A stretch of DNA of 64,000 nt, from NCBI RefSeq assembly GCF_964355755.1, contig NC_092674.1:7626001-7690000 (forward strand). Direction: 5' to 3'. A program made the position numbers and the translations under genes. Source of the DNA: Antedon mediterranea (Eukaryota; Animalia; Echinodermata). Of this stretch, positions 26,116 to 39,700 are shown piece after piece; the first letter of the stretch is position 1, and every line of letters begins with the position of its first letter. The notes beneath the pieces were generated by a model. That model made no database searches. It was not told where the DNA came from and was given only the letters and a program-made list of their open reading frames with translations.

Positions 26116-27049
26116 TTCATAACTCAATTTAATTTTCATATTGAATAATTTTTCTATGTATACAACGCAAAGAATAAAACTACCAGGATAAAAAGAAATA
26201 GCCTGCATAAATATATTTATTAATATGTAATAATCAAGAAAATTAGTTTATAAATAGGCTTTGCAACCTTGAACCTTATCATACCTGACATAGCCTAAAT
26301 TGATCGCCTTAATTAGTTTTAATTATGATTATTTAATTATATTATTGATGGCAAATCATTTTTCTCTTACCCTAAAAGTAAAATGTTTAGAACTTGAGAG
26401 AATCCTGGAATACACGTCATAAGTTTTTAAATTGTAACAGCAAAATAAATATTCAATTGATAGAGAATGTTAAACAACAAATGACTACTTAATTATTACT
26501 CTTAGTTTCCTACTGATATAAAAAATAAAATTGATAAAAAAAAAACCCATGAATTGTACATAGCTATTGAAAAACGTTTTCCTAAATGAATCTTAGTCAT
26601 TCATTTCATAACTCAATTTATTGTTCACGTTCAACAATATTTCTATGTATACAACGTAAAGAATAAAACTGCCGGAATAACAAAAAATAGCCTGCATAAA
26701 TATATTTAAATATGTAAAAAAGTAAAATTTAGGTTTATAAATAGGCTTTGCAAGCTTGAACCTTATCATACTTGGCATAGCATAAATAGATCGCCTTAAT
26801 TAGTTTTAATTATGATTATTTAATTATTTTATTGATGGCAAATCATTTTTCTCTTACCCTAAAAGTAAAATGTTTAGAACTTGAGGGAATCCTGGAATAC
26901 GCGTCATAAGTTTTTAAATTGTAACAGCAAAATAAATATTCAATTGATAGAGAATGTTAAACAACAAATGACTACTTAATTATTACTCTTAATTTTCTAC
27001 TGATATAAAAAATGAAATTGAAAAAAATACCATGAATTGTACATAGCTA
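26116..27049. repeat. ~490-bp direct tandem duplication
   Basis: 26116-26567 is repeated at 26606-27049 with few differences. Confidence 0.9.
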
Positions 27050-27159
27050 TATCGAAAAAAGTCTTGTCACACCAATATAAATAAACCTTATGGACACTGT
27101 CGTCTGTTATTGCCTTTTGGAGAAAGCATATATCATATCATGAATGACATGTAACTTAA

Positions 27160-27640
27160 CAATGATGTTTGGGCAGTATATACTGTAGAATATATGACGT
27201 TTTGGCAGAATATGCTGTGGCAGAATACAATGATGTGGCAGAATAGATAATGTTATGGCAGAATAGATGATGTTATGGCAGAATAAATGATGTTTTGGCA
27301 GAATATATTATGATTTTTTAGCAGAATATTATGATGTGGCTGAATATTATGATGTGGCTGAATATATGATTTTATAACAGAATAGGCTATAATATGATGT
27401 GACGAATATAATTATGTTGTCGCAGAATATTATGATGATGTAGTGGCAGTAAATGTCATTTTGACAGAATGTAAATTTCTATTAAATCAGAAGTTTTGCA
27501 GTATATGTTGTTTTGGCCGAATACGATTTTGTGGCACAATATACTGTTGTTGCAGCTGTAACGAATATGATTATTTTGTGGCAGATTATTTTGTGGCAGA
27601 TTATTTTGTGGCAGATTATTTTGTGGCAGATTATCATGTT
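27160..27640. repeat. Minisatellite (gatgttttggcagaata-like) ending in near-perfect 15-mers attattttgtggcag
   Basis: Tandem degenerate units, with four 15-mers at ~27570-27630. Confidence 0.85.
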
Positions 27641-27775
27641 TGTAGCAGACTATAATATAAAATACCATAATTAATTTTTATTATTATTATTATTGTTTAA
27701 AAACACTAAAAAACGATGGCTCCACAATGATATCACCGGCGACGGCGCACATGATAGAAGTTTACATCCATCTAA

Positions 27776-30700
27776 CTATAAATTTGCATAATCCTGACAG
27801 TAGTCCGTCAAATAGAATATTGCCGCTTCATAGCAAAAGTTGTATTGAGCCTAAAAGTAAAGTTGAAAGATCAATGTATTGACTTAGATCAATGTATTTA
27901 CTTGCATCAGATTGTACAATAATAATCATAAACATTTGTAAATAATCAAAGCAAGGAAATGTAGGTCACACAATTATAGAAACGGATTAAAAAAAATAAG
28001 TAATACAAATAACAAATATGGATGAAAATGATAGTAAAAACTACCACAAAACCAGACAGTAAATGATAAAAGATATTACCTTAGAGTCCACCATAGTAGG
28101 GCATGTTGAGCGCAGAATTTTAAGTACCTGGAATACATCCACCATTTTTTCTTTTCTCATTTTCTCGATCATTGAATGTACTAAACAGAATAATCCTGAT
28201 CTACGAATCCCATTTCTAAAAATTCAGAAACACAATGATAATGAATATTTACAATACATTACAGTATGGTACATACGAACATTATGATTTTCTAAATATA
28301 AAATTATGAAGGAGCATTTGTAGACGCCGTTCTGTGATCTTCTGAGATCAAATTGAGATTACAAATGCTTTGCAGCTAAGAATGCTCAATCAAAATCAAG
28401 ACCGTGTTCAACTGTTTTTATTTATGAATAACAATTTTTAGTCAGTAGTGCCATTTCTAATGGCAGAGAAATAAAAAGAAAACAAAACAAACTGTTTGTT
28501 GGAGTAGGAACAGGCCATACAACAAATTGTGACGTCCTCAAGCTTTGTATAATAATTTTTAAAATAGTTTAACATTTTTAATTATTAAAACCATTGAAAC
28601 AAATAATTATTACGTACAGGCAATGAACGATGATTGGATTTTCGTTGGAACCAACAATACTTGCGATTAACTTTACAAACGGATCCAACTTTGGTATCAT
28701 CTTGCTTTTTGGCCATTGGCGAAACTCGAAGTGATCAATCTCCCGTAAGTTGTTATCCTTAGATAGAATATAAATAAAAACATAAATGTGATTATCAGGG
28801 AAGAATTTCCTTTAATTATTTTTTCTCAGATGTTTGCGATATACTCCGACTTTTACCCATACTCTGACTTCTACCGATACTCTCTACACTATTCTAAATA
28901 AGTCACAATAATGATTATAAAATACTTTACTTTAATTTGCAAATGTTTCTCGGGGTGGAACTCGAATTCTACGACTTCCAGATCACTCGGCTGGCGTTCA
29001 AACCACCTAGCTATTTTTAAAGATTTTTTTAATTGGCCTAACACTTCCTAGTATTATGATAATTTATTTGAACTTAAAAAACCCATTTAAATTACTCAGT
29101 CAAAAATTCAAACAAATGAATTGGCAATTTTGTTACTACAGTAGTTATAACTAGTATAATCAATATAACTAACTTTAGCTACAATATAATATACAGCTTA
29201 CGGTCTCAATCATCCTACCCATAAACTAGGTAGTCATATATACATACCTTATTAATTGATATTTTTCTCTCGATCATGAAGTTGTTCTTAACCGCCGTTT
29301 TGACTGTGACAATAAATTGTCCGCATTTCAGCGGTTGTCTGATTTGTTTATGGAAATAAGTTGCACACGTCTGGTCCATGTCATTCAGCTGTACGATGAT
29401 TTGAGATTTATAGTCAAACACCAAACGCCAAAAATCCTCACTAGTGTCCACTGGATTACCCAGTGGAGCTTGCGTAACGATGTATGCGTTGCGGTTATAG
29501 TAAACCTAAAATAAAAGTAATACTTTAAATTATTATTATATTATCATACAGTGCATGAAAGACGGATATTTCTAGGTTCTATACTGCGATTCGGCTTAGT
29601 ATTTTGTAAAAAAAAACATTTTGCACAATTAGCACGCCATAAATATACTAGGTGGACCTCGTACAGAAATAATAGCAAGGTAAAAATTCCGAACATTTAT
29701 TTTTTCAAAATCCTGAGTCTGGAATGAATCGCATAACAAGACAAAATGAATCCCGTTTCAAGACAGAATGAATTCCGTAACAAGACAGAATTAATCCCGT
29801 AACAAGACAGAATAAATCACATAACAAGACAGAATGAATCCCATAACAAGACAGAATGAATCCCAAAACAATACAGAATGAATCCCGTAACAAGACAGAA
29901 TGCATCCCGTAATAAGATAGAATGAATCCCGTATGTGAATCCCGTATGTGAAGATTTCATAAAAAAATAAAACACACACACAAATTAATTACAACAGACC
30001 TTACTTGAATACAATTATGTTTGGTTGTATGTTTTCAAATCACAATGATATTTAAAAAAACAAATCGACTTACGTCACAGAATGATGCGTTGATGTAATC
30101 AGTACCACGGTCGGATGATGACATCAAAAATGGACGAGCTTTGTTTACTGCAAGACAAAACTAAAACATGTTAATCATGGATCTTCGTAAACAGAAATAG
30201 AAGCATATGTACACAAAGGATCGGATTCAGGACTGGATTTCCCTCACCTCAACAATAAAAGGCCGAGCAAAGCTTTAACACATATACGGTAGAAATAATG
30301 TAAGTAACTCAACGTTTCACGTGTTCAAGTATCTAAGGCTCATGGCAAACAAAAATTGTGGTACTTACGCGGCAATACTTCATTGAATCTATTCTTGAAA
30401 ATGTTCTCCGGTTTTCTTCCATGTGACGTAAGATCATCAGCGGGACGTGAAAACAAACTGTTCAAAGTCTAAAGTAGAAAGATAAGAAAACGTGTTGTGA
30501 ATTTAAACATGAAATGTTCTATTCTGTTGTATGACGTCACAAGAATGATGTATTTATGTGAAGAAATGTGACGATTAATTGCACATGAGTACAAACCAAC
30601 TAGTGTTGTAATAGCTATGCCACACAGCGCAATAATGAAATTGATTCGAAATCAATTTACCTTGAGTTGATAATCAATGGTCAAAGGATTCCTTTGCATC

Positions 30701-33700
30701 TGCCTCAGTGTTTCAACGTCGGTTATAGGAATTACAGTTTCTCCACAAAACAACTCTTCAAGTATAACAGCATAGATGAACTTATATTGTTCCTAAAAAT
30801 GTCAGTTAAAAATCTATATTATATGAGAGGGTTCAGTTGTACGATTGTTCGTTTTGGTAATATGTAATGCATGGGTTATCATAATGACCAGAATTGTAGT
30901 AGTATTTAAGTAAGGCATTAAACTACATGGAGCGGTTATCTTTGCTAGTATAATGCTAATACTACAATGGATCCGTTCTTGGCGTGAATAACAAGGAAAC
31001 AACGTGGATTTTGTTCTCCGAATAATACTTTTTTTAAATTCTCATTTTAGGCAAATTACCAAGGAATTCATTCACTATCCTTCTATCAAAGGTGGCAATC
31101 CCGTTCACAAGACAAACACATACACAAGATGCTCCTAATTACAAGTCTTTGGGAGTGGAGTTGCAAATTGTCATGAGAACAAATCCTGACATATGACAGG
31201 ATTTGAACCCAGGACCCTTGGATTGGTAGCCAAACATCATAACGATCAAGCCACAACTTTCTACTATTTCATGCGCTTTCATTATGATTTGGTTCTTTAT
31301 TCTTGTTTTTATATGTCCGAGTTTTTACTCTTTATGTACAGATGATCATTCATCGCATCGGAACAGAAATCGTAACAATGGAAGGAACATAAAAAAAACC
31401 AATATTAATGATGTACAACCTCTGTTTGAACCATTTGAGTACGATTCTGTCTCATTTTTCTCACGAAATTAAATACATCCACTTTTCCTTCTTCTCTCGA
31501 CATGTCGAACATGGCAGCAATAGCAATCACAGTTCCTGTTCTACCGGCTCCAGCGCTAAAAGATAATACATATTGCTGCCAGTTACAGATAGTAAAGATA
31601 AGGCATAGCTGTTAGGCCTAAATTCCATTAATGTGTTAATACAGTAAGCTTGTATTTGTAATACAGTAATTTAGACTTGTGATCAACCATAAAAATTATA
31701 TTATGATAAACTGTGAGTATTGGATTACCTGCAATGTACAATAACTGGTACACTGTTAGAAAATTCCTGCTGAGTTTTGCTAAATGTTTGTATAAAATGG
31801 ACCAACTGCGGGACTTCGTTTGAAATACTTTTGTCAGGCCATTCAGTGAATTGAAATTGATATACCTTATAGATATTCTCGTCATGCCCTACCTATACAG
31901 AATGATAGTAAAGCAATGTTTTGAAATACCAAAAATTTTACATACGCCTAACATTTTTAATTAAATAAACGTAATAAACGTTAATAAAACGTACTTTATA
32001 TGTTTCGTAGTTTTCTTTTTTTGGGCTGCCCATGCTTTATTATTATTATTTTTTTTACATTTGTAGAGTTTAACTTTGTTGCCCTCTTCAAAAATAAAAA
32101 CATCAGTAATTTGATATTCATATGTTTTTGTACAATTGCATTCAATATTGCATATAAACATTAGAAGCTCAGGCTACGCAATTGTTATAACGCAAGTAAT
32201 TTGACCAGACCAAATTGAACTGACAGGATTGGTCAACTTTGTTGTGTTTTATATATGGAAACGAAGCTTAAGCAAAGCAAATGTATTGCTCATTTGAAAC
32301 CATTTGCAAAAAAACAAAAAAAAAAACAAAAAACCAGTAGCATATACTTAAAACGTATTGATGTATACCTTCTGAAGTTGAAAGATACGGGCCACATAGT
32401 AACCGTGGTTCACTTCATTGTCGTTCGTTACAGAAATGTCTCCGTAGACTTTTCTACCGTTTACATCTGGCCAATACTGTTCACATTTTTTCTGTAAAAA
32501 ACATAAGATAATTCAATACGCCTTTTTTTTTGTAAAAACACATGTATCTCTAACAACATTTACGAACTGTGTCTGAAGTCGAAAAAAAAAAAAAAAATGA
32601 AGCTGTGATAATTTTTCTGTTATTCTTTCATTTACGCAAAAATGTTTTGTCACATATCCGAACTATGCGAATACAATCAGAATGAAAATATCTTCACATT
32701 GTTTTGCAGTGTTTATTTATTGCAGCAAAACAATATATAAAAAAAATAAAACTATTTCCTTATTTATCACAGCAATATATTCATCGTTACCGGTATTCGC
32801 TATCAAAGATTTTATCTTAAACAACGTTTAATACCTTGCTTCCTTCAACAAGATTAGTCACTACAACAATAACTCTAGACTTCTCCTTCCACACCATTCT
32901 CCACATATCGTTTACTGACGCCATATTTGGCCCTGCAAATAATCAAAAATAATATTTAATATATGGTGACTTTATTACACTACATTGCATATCTACCTCA
33001 CCTTAAAATATACAATACATATAGATCTGTGTTGAGCAATAACATCAAAGCTACAAACATATATATGTAGATGCATATGTCTATATAAAACAAGAGGAAT
33101 ATTTAAGTTAGAAAAAATAACATTGAAGTCAAAGAAGCTTATATTAAACATTTGATTCATTGGCATCATAATACCAATAATACTGTACTACATAATATGT
33201 CTTGGAACTGTTGCTAGACTAGGAAGCTAGTATCTATTGTATTGATTGTACATACAGAATATATATAATAGGGCCTATTTGTAAGAATCAATAAATAAAA
33301 GGAAAATAGTGAGCAAATTCAAATGTATTTAGAGAAAATAATACAACCATGCTAAAAGCCAATTAAGAGCGGTAACTTCCGTATGACCATTTGCACTCAA
33401 CGCGGGGTGTAATAATGTTGTAATATTGTGAATTTTGACCAACATATTCATTGTTCTCACCTTGGCAAGCGATAAACTCGTGTGGTGTTCTATAGCCCTA
33501 AAATTTAAATGAAATGTACCGGTTAATGACCGCTTCAATTTTTATTGTTACAAAAAACAATTAGCCTAACCAACTGTTGAAACCGTGTAATAATTTTTAA
33601 ATTCATTACATTTTTATTATAACTTACATCTAGGTACGAAGCATTTATGTAGTCGGATCCAGGAACGTTTTCAATCTGGTCCAATACCACGCGAGTGTTG

Positions 33701-36700
33701 TCATCTAAAAATGAAAGAAACAGTATACGTATAAATAGACTATGCTTACGTAACAGCATACGTACCGTATAAATAGACTATATTAAGTAACAGTATATAT
33801 GTATATATGTATAAATAAACTACTATATTTTATACAGCTTTTAACAGTCTATATTAGGTCAACAGTATGCGTATACGTATATTATTATATTTAATTAAAT
33901 ATATACGTATACATAGACAGTTATTAGGCCTATATTTTATACAGTTTTTAACAGTTTATATTAGGCCTATAACAGTATATAAAAGTATAAATCAATTATT
34001 ATATTTAAATAAATATACTGTACCAATAAATAGACAGTTATATGTTATACAGTGTTTTCAACAGTCTCTACGTACGTAGAAGTATAAGCGTAAAAATAAT
34101 TAATTTATTTATAATTACAAATAAACATTAATTAAACTTACATGGAATGACGTTTGCATATCGATTCTTCTTTCTATTTATTGACGATTTAGCGATTGTG
34201 CTCGGGAATGCAGGCAAGTTACCAAGATTCTGAATTGAAATATTGAATATATTTGTTATGATATTATTTAGAAAAGGCTATAAGAATAAGAAAAAAAAAA
34301 TACTTCTTTGCTATTTCGTTGATAAGCTACTGTAAAGTCATCAAAAAGTGGACCGAAAAATGATTCAATCTCAAGCCCTAATTAACTACGCGTCTTACTC
34401 ACCCTCACGGGTACGGTATGAAATAGTACTAGTTGTAAAATGTGCGCATGCGCAAATATTATATTCAGATTAGATTAGTTGGCTTACTAGGCCTTATTTG
34501 TAACATATACTGTTAATGTTAAAAACAGTATATGTTACAAAAATGTAATAGAATCTTCAGCGTACCTCAAACTCTTTCTCAAAGCCATTTTCAACATTCG
34601 TTTGCCGCATCATCACATAGTCATGTAGCTTTGATAACTCAACGGGCTTGTATTCTAGGTTACTGTCTAATTGTGTGTTACCATACACTGGTTCAGAATC
34701 AGGTTCTTGATAGGCAGATTCAGACTCAAAGTCTGGCTCCACGTTTGCAACACATCTACTGTCATCTTCGTCGATACATTAAAAACATAAAATAAAATAG
34801 CATTGTTATTAAAGATTGATCTTCAAAGATTGCAAAATGTCAGCTTTAACTCAGTATTTAAAAACAGGTTAAAGTGAAATTAAGTTGTCTTGGCTTACAG
34901 AAGAATTGTGTTTTTCTTGTGTGCGGAAAAATATATATACAGCTAGGACAAGATCAATACAGTGGTTATATGCTTTATTGTCACTCATTTTTACTTAAAT
35001 GTAACAACATTTTGATGTTACCTCCTGATTGTGTTACTTGTGAAGTGTGAGGTATACCAGAAGATTTCTTACTTCTGCGTCTGAAAGATTTCGAAAAGTT
35101 CAAAATAATAATGTGTAATAATATTATTATTACACATTGGAATAGCTACGATTATTATAATATTTACAATTCTATAAAAGCTTATACAAATTACCGTTTA
35201 ATTAGGACTGCTAGAATCAAGAGAATAACAACAAATGCGAAGATGCAGCCAATTATTACACCTATCGGTATACAGAAATTTAAATGTTAATAACAAAATA
35301 AAAGGTTAATGTTCGTGCTCAGATGACCCTATGTTTTGATACAGAAATCGGAACGTTTCACTTCTCTGTAGTCGATTTGTATTTCTTTAAACGATAGATT
35401 TTTAAAACAATGAACTTCTAAAGGTAGAGTGAATTAACTGTTGCTGTTTTAATATGAATTTATAGATATACTTTAGAAAACACTATCAAACCTTCTTTAT
35501 CATAGTTTTTTGTTTTCTCATTCTTGTTGCTATCTTGACGATCACAATCTATCTCAAACACAAGTTTCTTTGTGTCAGATGTCGTATTAACGTTTAAATA
35601 CGACGCTAATACTGTGAATGTATATTCTATACATGGCTCAATTCCGTCACCAAATATAACTTCAGTTTCTCTTGTAGTTCCTTGACGAAATATACCACCT
35701 GACAGTTTATAATGGTAGGTCACCTGACTGTCTGGTGTGTCGCATGAAGGGTTCCATTTCACCATTAAATGTGTTCCATTTGCAAAATAATTACTTTCTA
35801 TCGATGGCTCTATATACGAATAGAAATAGAATTTGTAGAGCAGGTGTTGTTTTTACTTACACTACAAATAGCAAAAATATTTAAAAATGATTCAACACAA
35901 AAATATTTGTTTAATTGTCAATGCTCTTTGAATCCCTGTTAAATTTATGTTATAAAAAGATAACAAGCAGAAAGTAGTTTTCTTTTGTTTTGACTCGCCC
36001 TCATTAAACAAAGTTTTTTTTAATGACATAAATAAATAGGTCTAAAAGAAATTAATATAATGGGTTGAATATATCATGTTTGCATAGTATTCAACAATTT
36101 AAATGTATTTTTGCATACAAAGTCTAACTCACTTGAGGGTGCTGTTTGTATTCTCTTTGTGTCAGATGTCGTATTAACGTTTAAATACGACGCTAATACT
36201 GTGAATGTATATTCTATACAGGGCTCAATTCCGTCACCAAATATAACTTCAGTTTCTGTTGTAGTTCCTTGACGAAATATACCACCTGACAGTTTATAAT
36301 GGTAGGTCACCTGATAGTCTGGAATGTCACATGTAGAAGCGTTCCATTTCAACAGTAAATGTGTTCCATTTGCAAAATGATTACTTTCTATCGATGGCTC
36401 TATATACGAATAGAAATAGAATTTGTAGAGCAGGTGTTGATTTTACTTACACTATCAAAATAGCAAAAATATTTAAAAATGATTCAACACAAAATATTTG
36501 TTTAGTTGTCAATCCTCTTTTAATCCATGTTAAATTTATGTTTTAAAAAGATAACAAGCAGAAAGTAGTTTTCTTTTGTTTTGATCCACCCTCATTAAAC
36601 TAAGTCTTTTTTTAATGAAGTAAATAAATAGATTTAAAAAAAAATATATATAATAGGTTGAATATATCATGTTTGAATAATATTCAACAAACTAAGTAAC

Positions 36701-39700
36701 ACAATATTAATCGTGTGTTTTTGCATACAAAGTCTAACTTACCTGATGGTGCTGTTTGTACCGATATCTTCTCTCCCCAATTACCAGCAATCTCCTTGTT
36801 ATTAACAACTCGAGCGTTTACTACATAAGCAGTACAACTTGATAAACCTGAAAGTTCAACTTCTAATTGAGAACTGTTTGTTGTTACATTTCGTATATTC
36901 CTATCGATGTCCGAGTATTGCACTTGGTATCGAAGAATAGAGTTACATTGGATTCTATCAGGAGTACTTGAATCTAGCTGAAACAATAACATACAACATA
37001 TTAAGAATGAGTAATAAGTAATAGTAAACAAAAATTAACAAAATATAGGCCTAAAGTATACTACAAAATATTTGTTTGTCTCTGTGTGAGAATTGCTTAA
37101 CTTACTCTCAGTAACATTACGTATAATATAACAAGTTTTATATATTTGTTCAAAGCCTACTGTATAATGTTTAACTAAACTTATCTTACAAAACAATTAA
37201 ATAAAATAATACCTTTAAATCTAAAATGACCATATTTTCTTTAATAGTTTTTAATGTTATTTCTGGTTCTACCAAAGGTTCTGTAGTAAAATAATACGTT
37301 TTGCAATAAGAAAGAACAAAAAGTAATATAACCTATTTTTCCCCTAATTTGTGAGTATTTTTAATCTACTGGCATATTTCAAAACTAAAAAAGACTGAAT
37401 ATAATTAATGAATGTGGTATTATCATAATAAATATATTAATATGTGTATTATATTAAAACAAAATCAGGAAAGTGAACATTAATTGGAATGAGCATAGTG
37501 ATTATAGCAAGCGATTATGACAAATAATATTAGTGCTTACTTGAACAGACCAGTTGTGTCGAACTTGTGTTACTTTTTGGCCCACCTTCAAGTTTACCGT
37601 TTACCATTCTAAATAATTGCGATTGAAACTGAACTTTCGTATTTGGTATTAGATTATAAACTGTCACTAAATTTGAATTAGGACTAGAAGAAGAATTCCA
37701 TTGGTTATCTTCATATGAATAATACCAGATCTTCCGTTTTATAATTGTTCCTGTTCCATAGTCTTCACCAGGAATCCAAGTGACGTCAAACGTTACGGTA
37801 GTTGCTGTCTGCTCTACAATAGTTGGCGGTTCAGTACGGTATGGTAATGCTAAAACAAAAGATAATTATTATCCTCATCATCATAATTGTTATCATTATT
37901 ATTATTATTTAATACTTATTTGTTAAATAAAATGCAGAATATTTTCTTTTTGTAGTTGTAATAACAAAACTTACTCGACTTTCCCTAGTAGGCCTATTAG
38001 AAATTATCTTAAATATTGATTATAATGTAGGTACTTTTATAATACTTTAAAAATAATACTGATAACGTTATCAGTGTAATGTATGCTTAATGTATAACGT
38101 AGCATAACGCATAACGTAGCAAAGAGATTTATACCATAACTATGTGTTACCTATGCTGCATTTAGGTCCAGCCCAGGCCCTATGACATTTAGAGCAACTT
38201 CCATCTTGATTACAATCTTCAGAGCCTTTGCAGTGACATGGGAAGTTACACAAATCACCAAATAATCCAGACGGACATTCAGTACGTGCTATACAGTATG
38301 ACAAAGCAGAGTATTAAAGAATACAGATATTAATTGTATGTGAACATAATGAGTTACTTGGTTGCAAAATAACAGTAATGGGGTGCAAAAAAGAACGTTT
38401 AAATTAATAACTTTATATTATTGTTGTATTTTTAAATACAACAACATATTATCATCATTATATATATTGCATACTTTTAATAAGCCTATTGTAATTGTTG
38501 GTCATAATGTAAAATATAGGACTAACTAGCCTACCTAGACATTTTTCTCCAGTGTAACTATCATTACATGCTGACTCGGAAGAACAACCTGTATACCGAT
38601 CACAATGTCTATGCTCACAGTTACATTTTTGGTGGCAATCAGCTCCATAGAAACCAGCACTGCAACCTAAAAAATAATAAGACTTTAACACTTACGATAC
38701 CTGAACCTAATAAAGAACATACATTGTATAACTAACCTTATGCATTATTTGAAATTAAAATACAAACTAAAATACATATAACTGTCCCATTTATTATTTT
38801 ACAAGAAAACTATAATAGAACTAGATTTCAACAAATAAACAAAAATGTGGTATACTAATATTATGTTTACGTGCAATAGTATACTGTTTTTAATTTCCTT
38901 TTTCGATTTTTTTCTTTCTTATTTTTATACTCGTTTAGATTTGAATAATAAAAATATTTATATTAAAACTAACTTGTTTTACAATCATTTCCTCCAAACC
39001 CATTTTGGCATGCACAACCAACTGGATCAGGTGGACATAAAAGAGATCCTTTGCAATTTCCATTAGAAGCACACACAACGTTGCAGTCACGACCCCAGTC
39101 GTTATTTCCGCAACCTGTTGCAAATAACAAAACAAACCATTGTATTAAAAATCATTTTATGCTATGGTTTGTAAGAATACATAACAATTGTAACTTTGCC
39201 CTATTGTTTTAAATATTTTTAGACGCACCATCATAATGTTAAAGTGCGCCACTGCTATAAAAGTACAGTACCAACAATTATTATATTAGGCCTACTATTT
39301 TGGCAAGAAATCCTGCTGGACAAATGCAGGAAACTGCGATAAACATGCACAATATACATTTTTAAGCAATTGATATAATTTCTCAATTTTTTTTTCTTAA
39401 AAAAAAATCATTTTATTACCAGTTAGGCAATGAGCGTCTTTGAATCCTGCTGGACAAATACAGACACCCGTCTTATCGTCACATACTCCACCATTATAAC
39501 ATACTGGACAGTCTTTTTCACAGTCTGGAGGATTCCATTTTGGTGAGGGACAAGCTAATATACAAAATACATGTAGTTAACAATGCTCCATATAATGGCC
39601 CGGAAGCGTTTTTTTTCTCCCAAAGACTTTCTCTGAAAGATACGTGAAAGATAGCAGCCGAACTACTTCCTAAATATAACTAAACCTAACCCTCTAAATA

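Noticed and set aside
24416-29979. ORFs within the satellite and minisatellites (e.g. VADYF repeats, LPQNN repeats)
   Set aside because: Translations of tandem repeats with no splice or domain support.
34899-34942. Possible extra juxtamembrane RPTP exon
   Set aside because: It has AG/GT ends, but 44 nt would shift phase relative to the acceptor at 34765, and the model is in frame without it.
37213-37280. Suspected frameshift in a small RPTP exon
   Set aside because: On re-reading, the exon is 68 nt and in frame (KPLVEPEITLKTIKENMVILDLK).
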